From: Candidatus Methylomirabilia bacterium
GTDB lineage: Bacteria > Methylomirabilota > Methylomirabilia > Rokubacteriales > CSP1-6
Reading direction: 5' to 3'
Length of the DNA stretch: 47,543 nt
NCBI GenBank assembly: GCA_041492755.1
Contig: JBGPXN010000012.1
Coordinates: 1-47,543 of the forward strand
Part shown: in pieces, positions 18,519 to 29,804 of the stretch
Position numbering within the stretch: the stretch's first letter is position 1
How the letters are laid out: the number at the start of each line of letters is the position of its first letter
Translations under genes and position numbers: made by a program
Notes under the pieces: generated by a model
The model's database searches: none
What the model saw: only the letters and a program-made list of their open reading frames with translations
Told to the model about the DNA's origin: nothing

Positions 18519-19187
18519 ATGAACTGGAAGCGATGGAGTGTCGGGATGTCGGTGGTCGGTGTTCTGATGGGTTCGGCGTTCGCCGGCTCGGCGTTCGCCC
18601 AGTCTGCGGTACCCGACGTGGTGCTGTACGAGGTGACGGAAGCCGTCACCACGAAGGGTGGCAACCGCCCGACCGGGTTCCGGTCGTCGACGGCCACCCT
18701 CGCGGGGGTGGCGCGCTCCGGCGTAGCTGCCTGCCCGGAAGCGATTGCCACCCCAGCCCTTAACGGCTGCTGGGTCGTCGTGCGGGCGGTGGGCCGTGCC
18801 GACGATAGCACCGGCAAGGGGCACGTCGTCGGCTCCTTCGAGGTGCTCATCCAGGACCGGAACCAGACGGACTCTCCCGAGATCGTCGTGCTGCGCGGCA
18901 ACGTCGGCGCCCAGATCGACCTCTCTCCGGCCTTTGAACGGAACGTTCCGACCGGCACCATCAGCGGCTCCTTCAGGCTCCGTGGCGTACCGGGGACGGT
19001 CATGGAGGAGCGGACGGTGAAGGGCGAGTTCACGGGTGTCTTCCGGATGCCGTTCATGGTGTACGGGCAGGCGATGTACGTGATTGGCGACCCCCTACTC
19101 GGGCAGGTGTCCGTGCAGGTGCCCGTGCAGGCGGCCGAGTACGTGCTCGGCTCCCCTGCCGTGAAGCTCGAAGTCACCTTCCGCTGA
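18519..19187 (+). CDS. Secreted hypothetical protein
   Basis: GAGGAGAGG RBS; signal peptide MNWKRW...SAFA-Q; beta-rich mature part with two Cys. Confidence 0.78.
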   Translation: MNWKRWSVGMSVVGVLMGSAFAGSAFAQSAVPDVVLYEVTEAVTTKGGNRPTGFRSSTATLAGVARSGVAACPEAIATPALNGCWVVVRAVGRADDSTGKGHVVGSFEVLIQDRNQTDSPEIVVLRGNVGAQIDLSPAFERNVPTGTISGSFRLRGVPGTVMEERTVKGEFTGVFRMPFMVYGQAMYVIGDPLLGQVSVQVPVQAAEYVLGSPAVKLEVTFR

Positions 19188-19204
19188 GACGAGGGGATTT
19201 GGCG

Positions 19205-20875
19205 ATGCGATTGACCATGGGGACGTTGGTGGACCTGGACGAGCAGCTCAGTTGCGATACGGGACTCGGCGAGGCGCCCGGCGCCACCGAGCGGTGGCGC
19301 GCGCTGGCCCGGATTGCCCGGCACGCGTTCGCCTGCTCGGACGAGCGGGAAGCGACCGGACGCGTGGCCGAAGGCTTTCTCCGGCTGCTCGGTGGCGAGT
19401 CGGCCGCGCTCTTCCGCCGCGGCACCGGGAAGTCCGACGTGCTCGAAGTCGCCTCGGCGGGCGCCGGGCCGACGGACCCCACCCATGCCCCCGACATCGC
19501 CTATCCGGTGGTCTTGCGCGCGATCAAGGAGCGGCGCGCCGTGGCCGCCCAGGGCGAGCTCGCGTCCTGCGCCGTCCTCGCGGTGCCGCTGCGCGGGCGC
19601 GAGGGCGTGCTCGGCGCCATCGCCGTGATGCACCGTCCGGACGCCAGCTTCGCGCCGTTGGACGTCGAGATCGCGGAGACCTTCGCCGATCAGGCGGCGA
19701 CGTTCCTCGAGTTCATCTGGCGTCCCGCGGACGTCGGTGGCCACGAGCGGCTGCCCCAGGAGTCGCAGAAGCAGATGATCGAGGCCGAGCGGCTGCGCGC
19801 GATCGGCCAGCTCGCCGGCGGCGTGGCCCATCACCTCAACAACATCATGACGGTCATCCTCGGCAACATCCAGGTCGTGCTCCGGTCCGAGGCCAGGGTG
19901 GGCATGCGAAATCACCTGCAATCGGCGGAGCGCGCGGTCCTGGAGGCGGCGGACGTCGTGCGCCGCATGAGCGCGTTCAGCCGCGTCCAGCCGATGCCGG
20001 TGCAGGGCATCGTGGACATGAACCTGCTCGCCGCCGACGTCCTCGAGTGGACGCGCAGCAAGTGGGAGGCGGAGGCGCACCTCTACGGGATCGCCATCCG
20101 GGCCCGGCTGGAGCCGGGCGACGTTCCCGCCGTCCGTGGCGACGAGCCCGGCCTGCGCGAGGTGCTCCTCAACCTCGTGCTCAACGCCATCGACGCGCTT
20201 CCCGCCGGCGGCGACGTCGTCGTGCGCACCTGGCGTGGCGACACCACGGTGTACTGCTCGGTGTCCGACAACGGCGGGGGGATGACACCGGAAACGAGCC
20301 AGCGTGCCCTCGAGCCGTTCTTCACCACCAAGGGCCCCCAGAGCCGTGGCCTCGGCCTCAGCGTCGCCTACGGCATCGTGCAGGGTCATTCCGGAGCCCT
20401 CGCCATCGAGAGCCGCGAGGGCCGCGGCAGCACCGTGACCGTGTCGCTGCCCATCGGCACCTCCGGTGCCGGGCCGCGCGAGGATCGCGCGCCGGCCGGC
20501 TGTGGCGCGCTCCGCATTCTCCTCATCGACGACGACCCGCCGGTGCGCACGGTGCTGCGCGCGATGCTGGCCAGCGAGGGCCACACCGTGGTGGAGGCGG
20601 CCGACGGGGCCGACGGCCTCGCGCGGGTGGAGCGCGGCGACAGCTTCGATCTCGTCCTCACCGATCTCGGCATGCCGGGCATGAACGGCTGGCAGGTCGT
20701 GCGCGGCGTCCGCCTCCTCCGGCCGGAGCTCCCCGTCGTGCTCATCACGGGCTGGGACCAGCTCGAATCCGAGGGTGGCGAGGTCGCCGACGCCATCGTG
20801 TCCAAGCCGGTCACCGACGTGAAGCTGCGCGAGACCATCGCCGGCATCGTCGGACGCCGCAACGCCGCGGCCTGA
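19205..20875 (+). CDS. Cytoplasmic hybrid histidine kinase (GAF - HisKA - HATPase - REC)
   Basis: AHHLNNIM, NAIDA, DNGGGM, FFTTKG, GLGL; receiver IDDD/LTDLGMP/SKP. Confidence 0.9.
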   Translation: MRLTMGTLVDLDEQLSCDTGLGEAPGATERWRALARIARHAFACSDEREATGRVAEGFLRLLGGESAALFRRGTGKSDVLEVASAGAGPTDPTHAPDIAYPVVLRAIKERRAVAAQGELASCAVLAVPLRGREGVLGAIAVMHRPDASFAPLDVEIAETFADQAATFLEFIWRPADVGGHERLPQESQKQMIEAERLRAIGQLAGGVAHHLNNIMTVILGNIQVVLRSEARVGMRNHLQSAERAVLEAADVVRRMSAFSRVQPMPVQGIVDMNLLAADVLEWTRSKWEAEAHLYGIAIRARLEPGDVPAVRGDEPGLREVLLNLVLNAIDALPAGGDVVVRTWRGDTTVYCSVSDNGGGMTPETSQRALEPFFTTKGPQSRGLGLSVAYGIVQGHSGALAIESREGRGSTVTVSLPIGTSGAGPREDRAPAGCGALRILLIDDDPPVRTVLRAMLASEGHTVVEAADGADGLARVERGDSFDLVLTDLGMPGMNGWQVVRGVRLLRPELPVVLITGWDQLESEGGEVADAIVSKPVTDVKLRETIAGIVGRRNAAA

Positions 20876-20964
20876 CCCACGGCCCGCGGAGCTTCACGGC
20901 TGGCGCGCGTGAGCGCGCCAGCCGTCGGCTTTGCGTCGCCGCCGCCCACTGGTAGGATGCCCTC

Positions 20965-21486
20965 GTGCGCGGCGACAACGTCGTCCTGGTCGGCTTCATG
21001 GGCGCCGGGAAAACCGTGTGCGGCCGGCTCCTCGCCCGCCGCCTCGGCCGCTGCTTCGTCGAGACCGACGACATGATCACGGCCCGCGAGGGCCGGTCCA
21101 TTCCCGAGATCTTCCAGCACCACGGGGAGGCGCGGTTCCGTGAGCTGGAAGGCGAAATGCTCGAGCGGCTCCGCCTCAAGTCCGGCGACGTGATCGCCAC
21201 CGGCGGCGGTCTGCCGTGCCGCGACGGCCACGTGGACACGCTCAAGTCGATCGGAACCGTCGTGTGGCTCCGCGGTGACCTCGCCGCCCTGCGCGAGCGG
21301 GCCGGTCGCGCCGGCGATCGTCCGATGCTGTCCGGACGCAGCGCCGAAGACGTCGAGCGACTGTACCGGCAGCGCGAGCCATACTATGCGCGGGCCGACC
21401 TCACCATCGACACGACCGGGCTCGGCGTCGATCAGGTGGTGATGCGGATGCTGACGGCGCTCCGGGAACCGCATGTCCTCCGCTGA
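20965..21486 (+). CDS. aroK: Shikimate kinase
   Basis: GFMGAGKT, IFQHHGEARFRELE, IATGGG, RPML, REPYY. Confidence 0.92.
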   Translation: MRGDNVVLVGFMGAGKTVCGRLLARRLGRCFVETDDMITAREGRSIPEIFQHHGEARFRELEGEMLERLRLKSGDVIATGGGLPCRDGHVDTLKSIGTVVWLRGDLAALRERAGRAGDRPMLSGRSAEDVERLYRQREPYYARADLTIDTTGLGVDQVVMRMLTALREPHVLR

Positions 21487-22774
21487 CCCGACGAGCCTCG
21501 GCGCCGTGGAGGCCGCCCGCCGGATCGCCGAGGGCACGTTGTCACCGGTCGCGCTGGTCGAGGCGTGCCTGGCGCGCATCCGCTCGCTCGACGCGCGACT
21601 GCATGCCTGGGTGCACGTCGACGAGGCGGGCGCGCTCGCCACCGCTCGCGAGCGCGAAGCCGAAGCGAAGGGAGGGCAACTGCGCGGCCCGCTCCATGGT
21701 GTGCCGATCGGCATCAAGGACATCTTCCACGTGGCCGGCATGCCGACGACGGGCGGCGCCCGGCCGTGGGCGCATACGCGGCCAACGGACGACGCCGCGC
21801 CGGTGACGCTCGTGCGGCGCACGGGCGCCGTCATCGTGGGCAAGACGGCCACCACGGAGTTCGCCTACCGCGATCCGTCGCCGACCCGCAACCCGTGGAA
21901 CGTCGAGCACACGCCCGGGGGCTCGTCGTCGGGCTCGGCGGCCGCGGTGGCCGCCCGCATGGTTCCGCTCGCCCTCGGCTCGCAGACGGTCGGTTCGGTG
22001 CTCCGGCCCGCGGCCTACTGCGGGGTCGTCGGCTTCAAGGGCGCGCACGGGCACGTCTCCGTCGAGGGCGTCATCCCGCTCGCGTGGTCGTTCGACCACG
22101 TGGGCGTCTTCGGGCGCTCGGTGGCCGACGCCGCGCTCGCGTTCGGCGTGCTCGGCGCGTTGTCTCAGCCGGAGATCCGGCGGCCGTTTCGCCTGGCCCT
22201 CGCGCCGGAGCTGCTGGAGCGCGCGGAGCCGGCCGTCGCCGCGCAGGTGCAGGCCGCGGCCGATGCGTTCGTGCGGGCCGGCGCCAGCGTCGAGCGCGTG
22301 ACGCTGCCGGCCTCATTCGCCGGGCTTCACGCGGCCGGGCTCGTCGTGCTCGAAGTCGAGGCGGCGGCGTACCACGAGCCGCACTGGCGCCGCCACGCCG
22401 CGGACTACGGGCCGGGGATCGGCGCGGCCGTAGAGTCCGGTCTGAAGCGAAGTGGCGTCGACTACGTGCGGGCCAATCGCGCCCGCCTGCGCTTTCGCAG
22501 CGACGTCCTGCCCGTGCTCGCGCCGTACGATGCGCTGCTGAGTCCGACGGCGCCGAGCCCGGCGCCCGCCGGTCTCGCCTCGACCGGCGACGCCTCGCTG
22601 TGCGCGCCGTGGAGCTTCAGCGGCGTGCCCGCGATCTCGCTTCCCACGGGTGTCGCCGCCTCCGGGTTGCCGCATGCGCTGCAGCTCGTCGGCGGCCACG
22701 ACGAGAGCCGGTTGATCGCCGTGGCCGGCTGGTGCGAGTCGATCCTGGGTTTCGCCGCGGCTCCGGCGATCTGA
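21473..22774 (+). CDS. Amidase (amidase-signature family)
   Basis: GPLHGVPIGIKD, GGSSSGS, GSQTVGSVLRPAAYCG. Confidence 0.92.
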   Translation: MSSADPTSLGAVEAARRIAEGTLSPVALVEACLARIRSLDARLHAWVHVDEAGALATAREREAEAKGGQLRGPLHGVPIGIKDIFHVAGMPTTGGARPWAHTRPTDDAAPVTLVRRTGAVIVGKTATTEFAYRDPSPTRNPWNVEHTPGGSSSGSAAAVAARMVPLALGSQTVGSVLRPAAYCGVVGFKGAHGHVSVEGVIPLAWSFDHVGVFGRSVADAALAFGVLGALSQPEIRRPFRLALAPELLERAEPAVAAQVQAAADAFVRAGASVERVTLPASFAGLHAAGLVVLEVEAAAYHEPHWRRHAADYGPGIGAAVESGLKRSGVDYVRANRARLRFRSDVLPVLAPYDALLSPTAPSPAPAGLASTGDASLCAPWSFSGVPAISLPTGVAASGLPHALQLVGGHDESRLIAVAGWCESILGFAAAPAI

Positions 22775-22841
22775 GCGCCGCGATGCTCGTTCGCGCGCGC
22801 TGCCCCCTCCCACCGCCATGCGTCACGACGAAGAGCGGACC

Positions 22842-24434
22842 ATGCTCGACCTGAAGATCGAGGGCGCGACGGTCATCGACGGCACCGGGTCGGTCGGTGG
22901 CCGGGCCGATGTCGGCGTGCGCGAGGAAGTGATCGCGGCGGTCGGCGATCTCGGCCGGGAGGCGGCCGGTCGAGTGATCAATGCCGCCGGCCGCACGCTC
23001 GCCCCCGGCTTCATCGACATGCATTCGCACTCCGACTTCCGGCTCGGGCTCAACCCGCGCGCGGAGTCGAAGATCCGCCAGGGCGTGACGACGGAGGTCG
23101 TGGGCAACTGCGGCTTCTCGCCGGCGCCGGTGTCCCCGCAGTTCCGCCACGAGTTTCGCGGCTTCGCGCTCTACCTGCCGAAAGGTGTGGAGTACGACTT
23201 CCCGACCGTCGGCGACTATCTCCGCGCACTCGACGGGGAGGGGATGGCCGTCAACGTCGTGCCGCTGGTCGGCCACGGCAGCCTGCGCGTGGCCACGATG
23301 GGCTTCGCCCGTCGTCCACCGACGGCGCCCGAGCTGGGCCGCATGCAGCGGCTGCTCGCCGACGGGATCGAGGACGGCGCGTGGGGGATGTCCACCGGGC
23401 TCATCTACGCGCCCGGCTCGTTTGCCACGACCGAGGAGATCGTGGATCTCGCGCGAGTCGCCGCGCGACATCGGGGGTTCTACGCCACCCACATTCGTGG
23501 TGAGGGCGCGACCCTGCTCGACGCCGTCCGCGAGGCGATCCGCGTCGGCCGCGACGCGGACCTGCCGGTCCAGATCAGTCACGTGAAGGCCTCGGGCCGG
23601 CCCAACTGGGGGAAGGTCGCCGACGCGCTCGCGCTGATCGACGCCGCCGCCGCCGAAGGCCTCGACGTGCTGGCCGACGTCTATCCGTACACCGCGTCGA
23701 GCACGAGCCTCCGGACGCTCCTACCCGACTGGGCGCTCGAGGGCGGGATCGATGCGATGATCGCGCGTCTCGCCGATCCCGACACCCGGGCGCGCATCCG
23801 CGAGCACCTCGAAGCCCCGACCGGGCAGAGCCTGATCGAGCGCCTCGGCTGGGACAACGTCATGATCGCCTGGTGCGCGCAACGCAAGGACGCCGAGGGC
23901 AGGCGCGTGGCCGAGATTGCCGCCGCGCGGGGGATGGCGCCGTTCGACGCGGCCTGCGAGCTGCTCGTTGACGAGCTTGGCAAGGCGGCCGTGATCCTGT
24001 TCCAGCTCGACGAGGCCGACGTGCGGCGCGCGCTGACCCACCCGCGCGTGATGATCGGCTCCGACGGCTCGGCGCTGGCGCCGTACGGCGAGCTGGGCGC
24101 CGGCAAGCCGCACCCGCGCAGCTACGGGACGTTCCCGCGCGTGCTCGGTGAGTATGCTCGCGAGCAGCGCGTCCTCACGCTCGCCCAGGCGGTCCACAAG
24201 ATGACGGGGATGCCGGCCCGGCGGCTCGGCCTGCGCGATCGGGGTGTGATCCGCGTGGGGGCCAAGGCCGATCTCGTCGTCTTCGATCCGCGCCGCGTTG
24301 CCGACCAGGCGACGTACCAGGATCCGCATCGCTATCCGACCGGCATCGACCACGTGGTCGTGAACGGCCGGCTCGTCATCAAGGACGGCGAGCACACCGG
24401 GAGCCTTCCCGGCCGGGTGTTGCGCCAGCCGTGA
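22842..24434 (+). CDS. N-acyl-D-amino-acid deacylase (D-aminoacylase)
   Basis: PGFIDMHSHSD, GNCG, THIRGE, ISHVK, GSDG, HPRSYGTFPR. Confidence 0.92.
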   Translation: MLDLKIEGATVIDGTGSVGGRADVGVREEVIAAVGDLGREAAGRVINAAGRTLAPGFIDMHSHSDFRLGLNPRAESKIRQGVTTEVVGNCGFSPAPVSPQFRHEFRGFALYLPKGVEYDFPTVGDYLRALDGEGMAVNVVPLVGHGSLRVATMGFARRPPTAPELGRMQRLLADGIEDGAWGMSTGLIYAPGSFATTEEIVDLARVAARHRGFYATHIRGEGATLLDAVREAIRVGRDADLPVQISHVKASGRPNWGKVADALALIDAAAAEGLDVLADVYPYTASSTSLRTLLPDWALEGGIDAMIARLADPDTRARIREHLEAPTGQSLIERLGWDNVMIAWCAQRKDAEGRRVAEIAAARGMAPFDAACELLVDELGKAAVILFQLDEADVRRALTHPRVMIGSDGSALAPYGELGAGKPHPRSYGTFPRVLGEYAREQRVLTLAQAVHKMTGMPARRLGLRDRGVIRVGAKADLVVFDPRRVADQATYQDPHRYPTGIDHVVVNGRLVIKDGEHTGSLPGRVLRQP

Positions 24435-24456
24435 GCGGCGACCGGCTCACCACCCG

Positions 24457-27400
24457 ATGAAGATCGGACGCGTCTTCCCCGACCTCCTCACCCTACTCGT
24501 CGCGGCGGACTCCGTCGAGGATGGCCTCGCGCGAACGGTGCGACGCCTCGTCGCGCTCACCGGCGCGACCGCCGGCGCGCTCGCGTTCCGGCCGCCGGGC
24601 GTGGACACCATCGTGGTGACGGCGGGCGCCCGCCGCGTTCCGGCCGCGGTGGACGCGTGGCTGCGCGAGGTCGTTACCACGGCGGCGCCGTCGGGACTCC
24701 AGATACGGCGGGTCTCACCGCCGTCAGGCGGACGCGGACCGCTCGCGCTCGCGCGCGCGCCGCTGGGAATGCCACCGCGTACGGTCGGGACGCTGGCGCT
24801 GGTCGGCCCTGTCCGCGCGCTGAGCCGGTCGTGTCTGCCCGCCGGGTTCCCGCGGGAGCTGGGCGTGGCCCTCGAGCGCATCTGGCAGGTGCATCGACGC
24901 ACGCTGCGCATGGCGGTTCTCAACGAGATCACCCGCCGGGGCGCCGGCCCGGAGTCGATGGACGAGGTGCTGGGCGCGTTCGAGCAGGGGCTGGCGCGTC
25001 TGGTGCGGTTCGATTCCGTCGCGCTCTCGCTGCTCGACCCCGAGCGTGGGGAGTTCAGCATCGTCGATCTCTCGGCGCGCTCGCTCGGGCTCGGCACGCA
25101 ACAGGATGCGCGAGTTCCGCTGGACGACACGCTCCTGGCCGCCGTCGCGGAGACGAACCGGCCACACGTCGTCGACGATCTCATGGCGCTGTCGGTACCC
25201 GCGCGCAGCCGCGAGCTGTTCGCCGCGCGCGGCTATCGCTCGGCGCTGCTCGCGCCGCTGGCTTCGCGTGGCCGGGTGTTCGGCGCGGTGACGCTGGCGG
25301 CACGCCAGCCGCATGCGTTCGACGCCGGCGACGCCGAGGTGGTCGCGGAGCTGGCCGGGCCGCTCGCGTTCGCCGTGGAGCAGCGCCGCCTCCTGGAGGA
25401 CACCCAACGCCGGGCCGAAGAGCTGGCCGCGCTCTACGACACCAGCCGCGCCATCACCGCCCGGCTCGACACGGCCGCGGTGCTGGAAGGGATCAACCGC
25501 GCGGTGACCGCGCTCATCGGCAGCACTGGCTGCGGGATCGGGCTGCTCGACGAGGAGCGCACCCACCTGATGCACGTCGCGGCTCACGGCTTTCGGACGG
25601 CGGAGTGGCGCGCGCTCTCCATCCCGCTCGGTGAAGGGATCATCGGCCGGTGCGCCGAGACCGGGCAGGCGGTCCGCGTGGACGACATCCGGGTGGATCC
25701 ACGCTCGACTCGACGCGACATCGACGAGCGGGAGGGTATCCAGTCGATGCTGTGCGTGCCGCTGGCGGTGGGGGGCACGCTCATCGGCGTCATCTCGGCG
25801 TTTTCGACGCGTGCCGCCGTCTTCACGGCGCACCACCAGCGTGTGCTGGAGGCATTCGCCGAGCAGGCCGGCCTCGCCATCCACAACGCCCAGCTCTTCG
25901 AGGAGGCCGTCCGGCGGACGCGCGAGACACGGGCGTTGCTCGAGGCCGGACGCACGGTCACGGCGAGCCTCGACGTGGGGGAGACGATTCGCGTGATCAT
26001 GGAAGCGGCGCGGAGCGTTCTCGGCGTCGATTCCTGCAGCGTGGCCACCCTCGAGGCCGACGGTGCCGAGCTCGTCACCGTGGCCAGCCTCGATCTGCCG
26101 ACACCGACGGCCTCGCGCATCCGCTTGAAGGTCGGCGAGGGCATCGCCGGGCGCGCCGTCGCCGAGCTCAAGCCCGTGCAGAGCCCGGATCTCTTCGCCG
26201 ACGAGGCCTCACGCTATCGGCAGCTCCGCCAGCAGACGGGATTTCGCTCGATGCTCGCGGTCCCGCTGCGCATCGGCGCGCGCGCCATCGGCTCGCTGAG
26301 CGTTTTTCGCTCCGACGTGCATCGGTTCTCGGCGGCCGAGGAGGAGCTGCTGGTCGCGCTCGCCGACCAGGCCGCCATCGCGCTGGACCACGCGCGGCTC
26401 TACGCCGAGCAGGAAGCGATCGTGACCGAGCGCACCCGCGAGCTGGACGTGCAGAAGCGCTTCGTCGAAGTCGTTTTGGAAACGTTGCCGCTGGGGCTCT
26501 TCGTCCTGGACGCGGAGCTCACGGTGGAGCGCGCGAACCGCGAGGGCGCCCGGGTGCTGGCCTGTGCCGACGCGCGCGGCTGCGCGTTTCCGAGCCTCTT
26601 CGCCCTTCATCGCATCGGGGCCATGGAGGACTTCCTCCGGGGTGCGTTCCGCACCGGGCAGGTGGAGCGGCGCGAGGAAGACGTGGGTGTCGGCGGCGGT
26701 GAGACCAAGACGTTCCGCCTCACGGCGGCGCCCGTCCAGTCCACCCCGGACGCCGCCGGCGCCACGCATCTCGTGGTGCTGGTCGAGGACGTCACCCTGG
26801 CCAAGCGGCTCGAGCGGCAGATGCTGCTCACCGAGCGGCTGACGACCGCGGGGCGGCTGGCCGCGGGCGTGGCCCACGAGCTGAACAACCCGCTGGCCAC
26901 GATTGCGGGGTGCGCGGAGGCGCTGACCGCGCGCACGGGCGAGGGCGCGCTCGCGAGAATGGCCGAGATGGACGACTTTCGGCACTACTTGCAGCTGATC
27001 GAGGAGGAGGCGTTCCGGTGCAAGGAGATCACGGGCAGCCTGCTGCAGTTCGTGCGCGAGCCGGGCGGCCGGCGGGCTCCCACCGACCTGAATGCGCTGG
27101 TCGACAAGACGCTGGAGCTGCTCTCCCACCAATCGCGCTTCAGCGAGCGCCGGTTCGTGACGGAGCTCGATCCCACGCTCCCGCCCAATACCGTGAACGA
27201 GGGCCAGCTCCGCCAGGTCTTCCTCGGCCTGGCCGCCAACGCGCTCGAGGCCATGGACGCGGGGACGCTCACTATCCGCACCCGCCGGCGGCGCGACGAA
27301 GCGGAGATCGAGTTCGAGGACGAGGGGCCCGGCATCCCGGACGAGGTCCTCGCGCGCATCTTCGATCCGTTCTTCACCACCAAGCCGCCGGGGCAGGGAA

Positions 27401-27513
27401 CGGGTCTGGGGCTCGCCATCGCGCAAGGCATCGTGACCGACCACGGCGGCCGCATCGACGTGACGTCGCGCGTGGGCAAGGGCAGCACGTTCCGCGTCGT
27501 GCTGCCGGCGTGA
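24457..27513 (+). CDS. Cytoplasmic multi-GAF + PAS histidine kinase
   Basis: Three clear GAF repeats (GEGIIG/GEGIAG, LCVPL/LAVPL, A.QA..AI), PAS-like segment, AHELNNPL, FFTTK, GTGLGL. Confidence 0.92.
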   Translation: MKIGRVFPDLLTLLVAADSVEDGLARTVRRLVALTGATAGALAFRPPGVDTIVVTAGARRVPAAVDAWLREVVTTAAPSGLQIRRVSPPSGGRGPLALARAPLGMPPRTVGTLALVGPVRALSRSCLPAGFPRELGVALERIWQVHRRTLRMAVLNEITRRGAGPESMDEVLGAFEQGLARLVRFDSVALSLLDPERGEFSIVDLSARSLGLGTQQDARVPLDDTLLAAVAETNRPHVVDDLMALSVPARSRELFAARGYRSALLAPLASRGRVFGAVTLAARQPHAFDAGDAEVVAELAGPLAFAVEQRRLLEDTQRRAEELAALYDTSRAITARLDTAAVLEGINRAVTALIGSTGCGIGLLDEERTHLMHVAAHGFRTAEWRALSIPLGEGIIGRCAETGQAVRVDDIRVDPRSTRRDIDEREGIQSMLCVPLAVGGTLIGVISAFSTRAAVFTAHHQRVLEAFAEQAGLAIHNAQLFEEAVRRTRETRALLEAGRTVTASLDVGETIRVIMEAARSVLGVDSCSVATLEADGAELVTVASLDLPTPTASRIRLKVGEGIAGRAVAELKPVQSPDLFADEASRYRQLRQQTGFRSMLAVPLRIGARAIGSLSVFRSDVHRFSAAEEELLVALADQAAIALDHARLYAEQEAIVTERTRELDVQKRFVEVVLETLPLGLFVLDAELTVERANREGARVLACADARGCAFPSLFALHRIGAMEDFLRGAFRTGQVERREEDVGVGGGETKTFRLTAAPVQSTPDAAGATHLVVLVEDVTLAKRLERQMLLTERLTTAGRLAAGVAHELNNPLATIAGCAEALTARTGEGALARMAEMDDFRHYLQLIEEEAFRCKEITGSLLQFVREPGGRRAPTDLNALVDKTLELLSHQSRFSERRFVTELDPTLPPNTVNEGQLRQVFLGLAANALEAMDAGTLTIRTRRRRDEAEIEFEDEGPGIPDEVLARIFDPFFTTKPPGQGTGLGLAIAQGIVTDHGGRIDVTSRVGKGSTFRVVLPA

Positions 27514-27523
27514 GGATTGCCTC

Positions 27524-28873
<1,350 letters not shown>

Positions 28874-28892
28874 TCGATTGACGGTCCCGGGC

Positions 28893-29005
28893 CGGGCGCC
28901 CCGCCCGCGTTTCGGGCGTTGTGCCCGATCCCGTCGCGTGTAGCTAGCGGTCCGGCGTTCGGAATCAAGCGCTTGGGCGCCGCGCTCTCTGGCACTTCCG
29001 TTGCT
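28893..29005 (+). promoter_or_regulatory. Sigma54 promoter with tandem enhancer-like boxes and IHF consensus site
   Basis: CGGGC-N5-GCCCG at 28893 and 28913; AATCAAGCGCTTG (WATCAAN4TTR) 28963-28975; TGGCACTTCCGTTGCT 28990-29005. Confidence 0.8.
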
Positions 29006-29061
29006 GTGTTCCTACCGCGGAATCGTGCTCGCCGTGCGGGACGCGATCCAGACATGAAAGG

Positions 29062-29424
29062 ATGACGATGAGCCGTTTTCTCATGATCGATCGGGACCGA
29101 ACGATGATGCAGGATGTCGGGCTCGCGTGCTTCGAGCGCGGCATCGGCGTGGTGCTGGCCGAGAACGTGTGCGAGGCCGTGCGAACCTTGTCGACGACGT
29201 CAGTCTCACTGATCGTCGTGGATGCGGCCCTGCTGAGACTGACTGCCCCCGAACACGCGGCGATGTTCGCCCAGGTCGCACCGGCCGCGAACGTGGTCGT
29301 GGTCGTGAATACGGACACTCTGCTGGAAGGCCGGGTCGCCTACGAGGCGGTCGGTTTCCGCACCCTCACCCGACCCGTGACGGCCGAGGATCTGCTGAAA
29401 GAAGTGGCGCTCGCCGGCGTATGA
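29062..29424 (+). CDS. Stand-alone atypical receiver-like protein
   Basis: FLMIDRD, LIVVD, LTRPVT pattern fits a REC fold; the conserved Lys is replaced by Arg. Confidence 0.7.
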   Translation: MTMSRFLMIDRDRTMMQDVGLACFERGIGVVLAENVCEAVRTLSTTSVSLIVVDAALLRLTAPEHAAMFAQVAPAANVVVVVNTDTLLEGRVAYEAVGFRTLTRPVTAEDLLKEVALAGV

Positions 29425-29645
29425 GGATGCTCAGACCGCTGCTCGTACGGAGCGTTCTGGCCGGCGCGCTCGCCCTCGCTGTCGCCGGATTCTTTCTGCA
29501 CCACTCGGCGTGCGTCGCACACGAGCGGCCCCTCACTCGGATCCCGATGGAAAACCTGATCAACCCGGAACTGGGGTCAGGATTGCCCAGCGCCGAAGAG
29601 ATCGAGGCTTCGGAGCCGGCGGCGAGCCCGGCCCTCACGCGGTAG
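29421..29645 (+). CDS. Small hypothetical membrane-anchored or exported protein
   Basis: ATGA overlap with upstream gene; single N-terminal hydrophobic helix; 74 aa. Confidence 0.55.
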   Translation: MRMLRPLLVRSVLAGALALAVAGFFLHHSACVAHERPLTRIPMENLINPELGSGLPSAEEIEASEPAASPALTR

Positions 29646-29804
29646 CCGCTCGCCCGGTGCGCGCGTCACTTGCGCGGCCCGGCTATGCGTGTACACTTCT
29701 AAACGTCTGCCCGAATGGCCGGACCTCGCCTGCGACGGGTCACACTTCCGCGGTCCTCGGGGCGTGCATGAAAGCGGAAGAGTTCGAGTTCGAGGAGGAG
29801 TCAG

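Noticed and set aside
18519..19187. PEP-CTERM sorting signal on the secreted protein
   Set aside because: C-terminus (KLEVTFR) lacks the PEP motif, TM helix and basic tail.
16637..20584. 1315-aa minus-strand ORF and many other long overlapping ORFs
   Set aside because: Antisense or alternative-frame shadows of motif-bearing genes, expected in high-GC DNA; no motifs of their own.
21473..22774. Calling the amidase gatA
   Set aside because: No gatB/gatC adjacent, and GSQTVGS differs from the usual GatA GSDTGGS.
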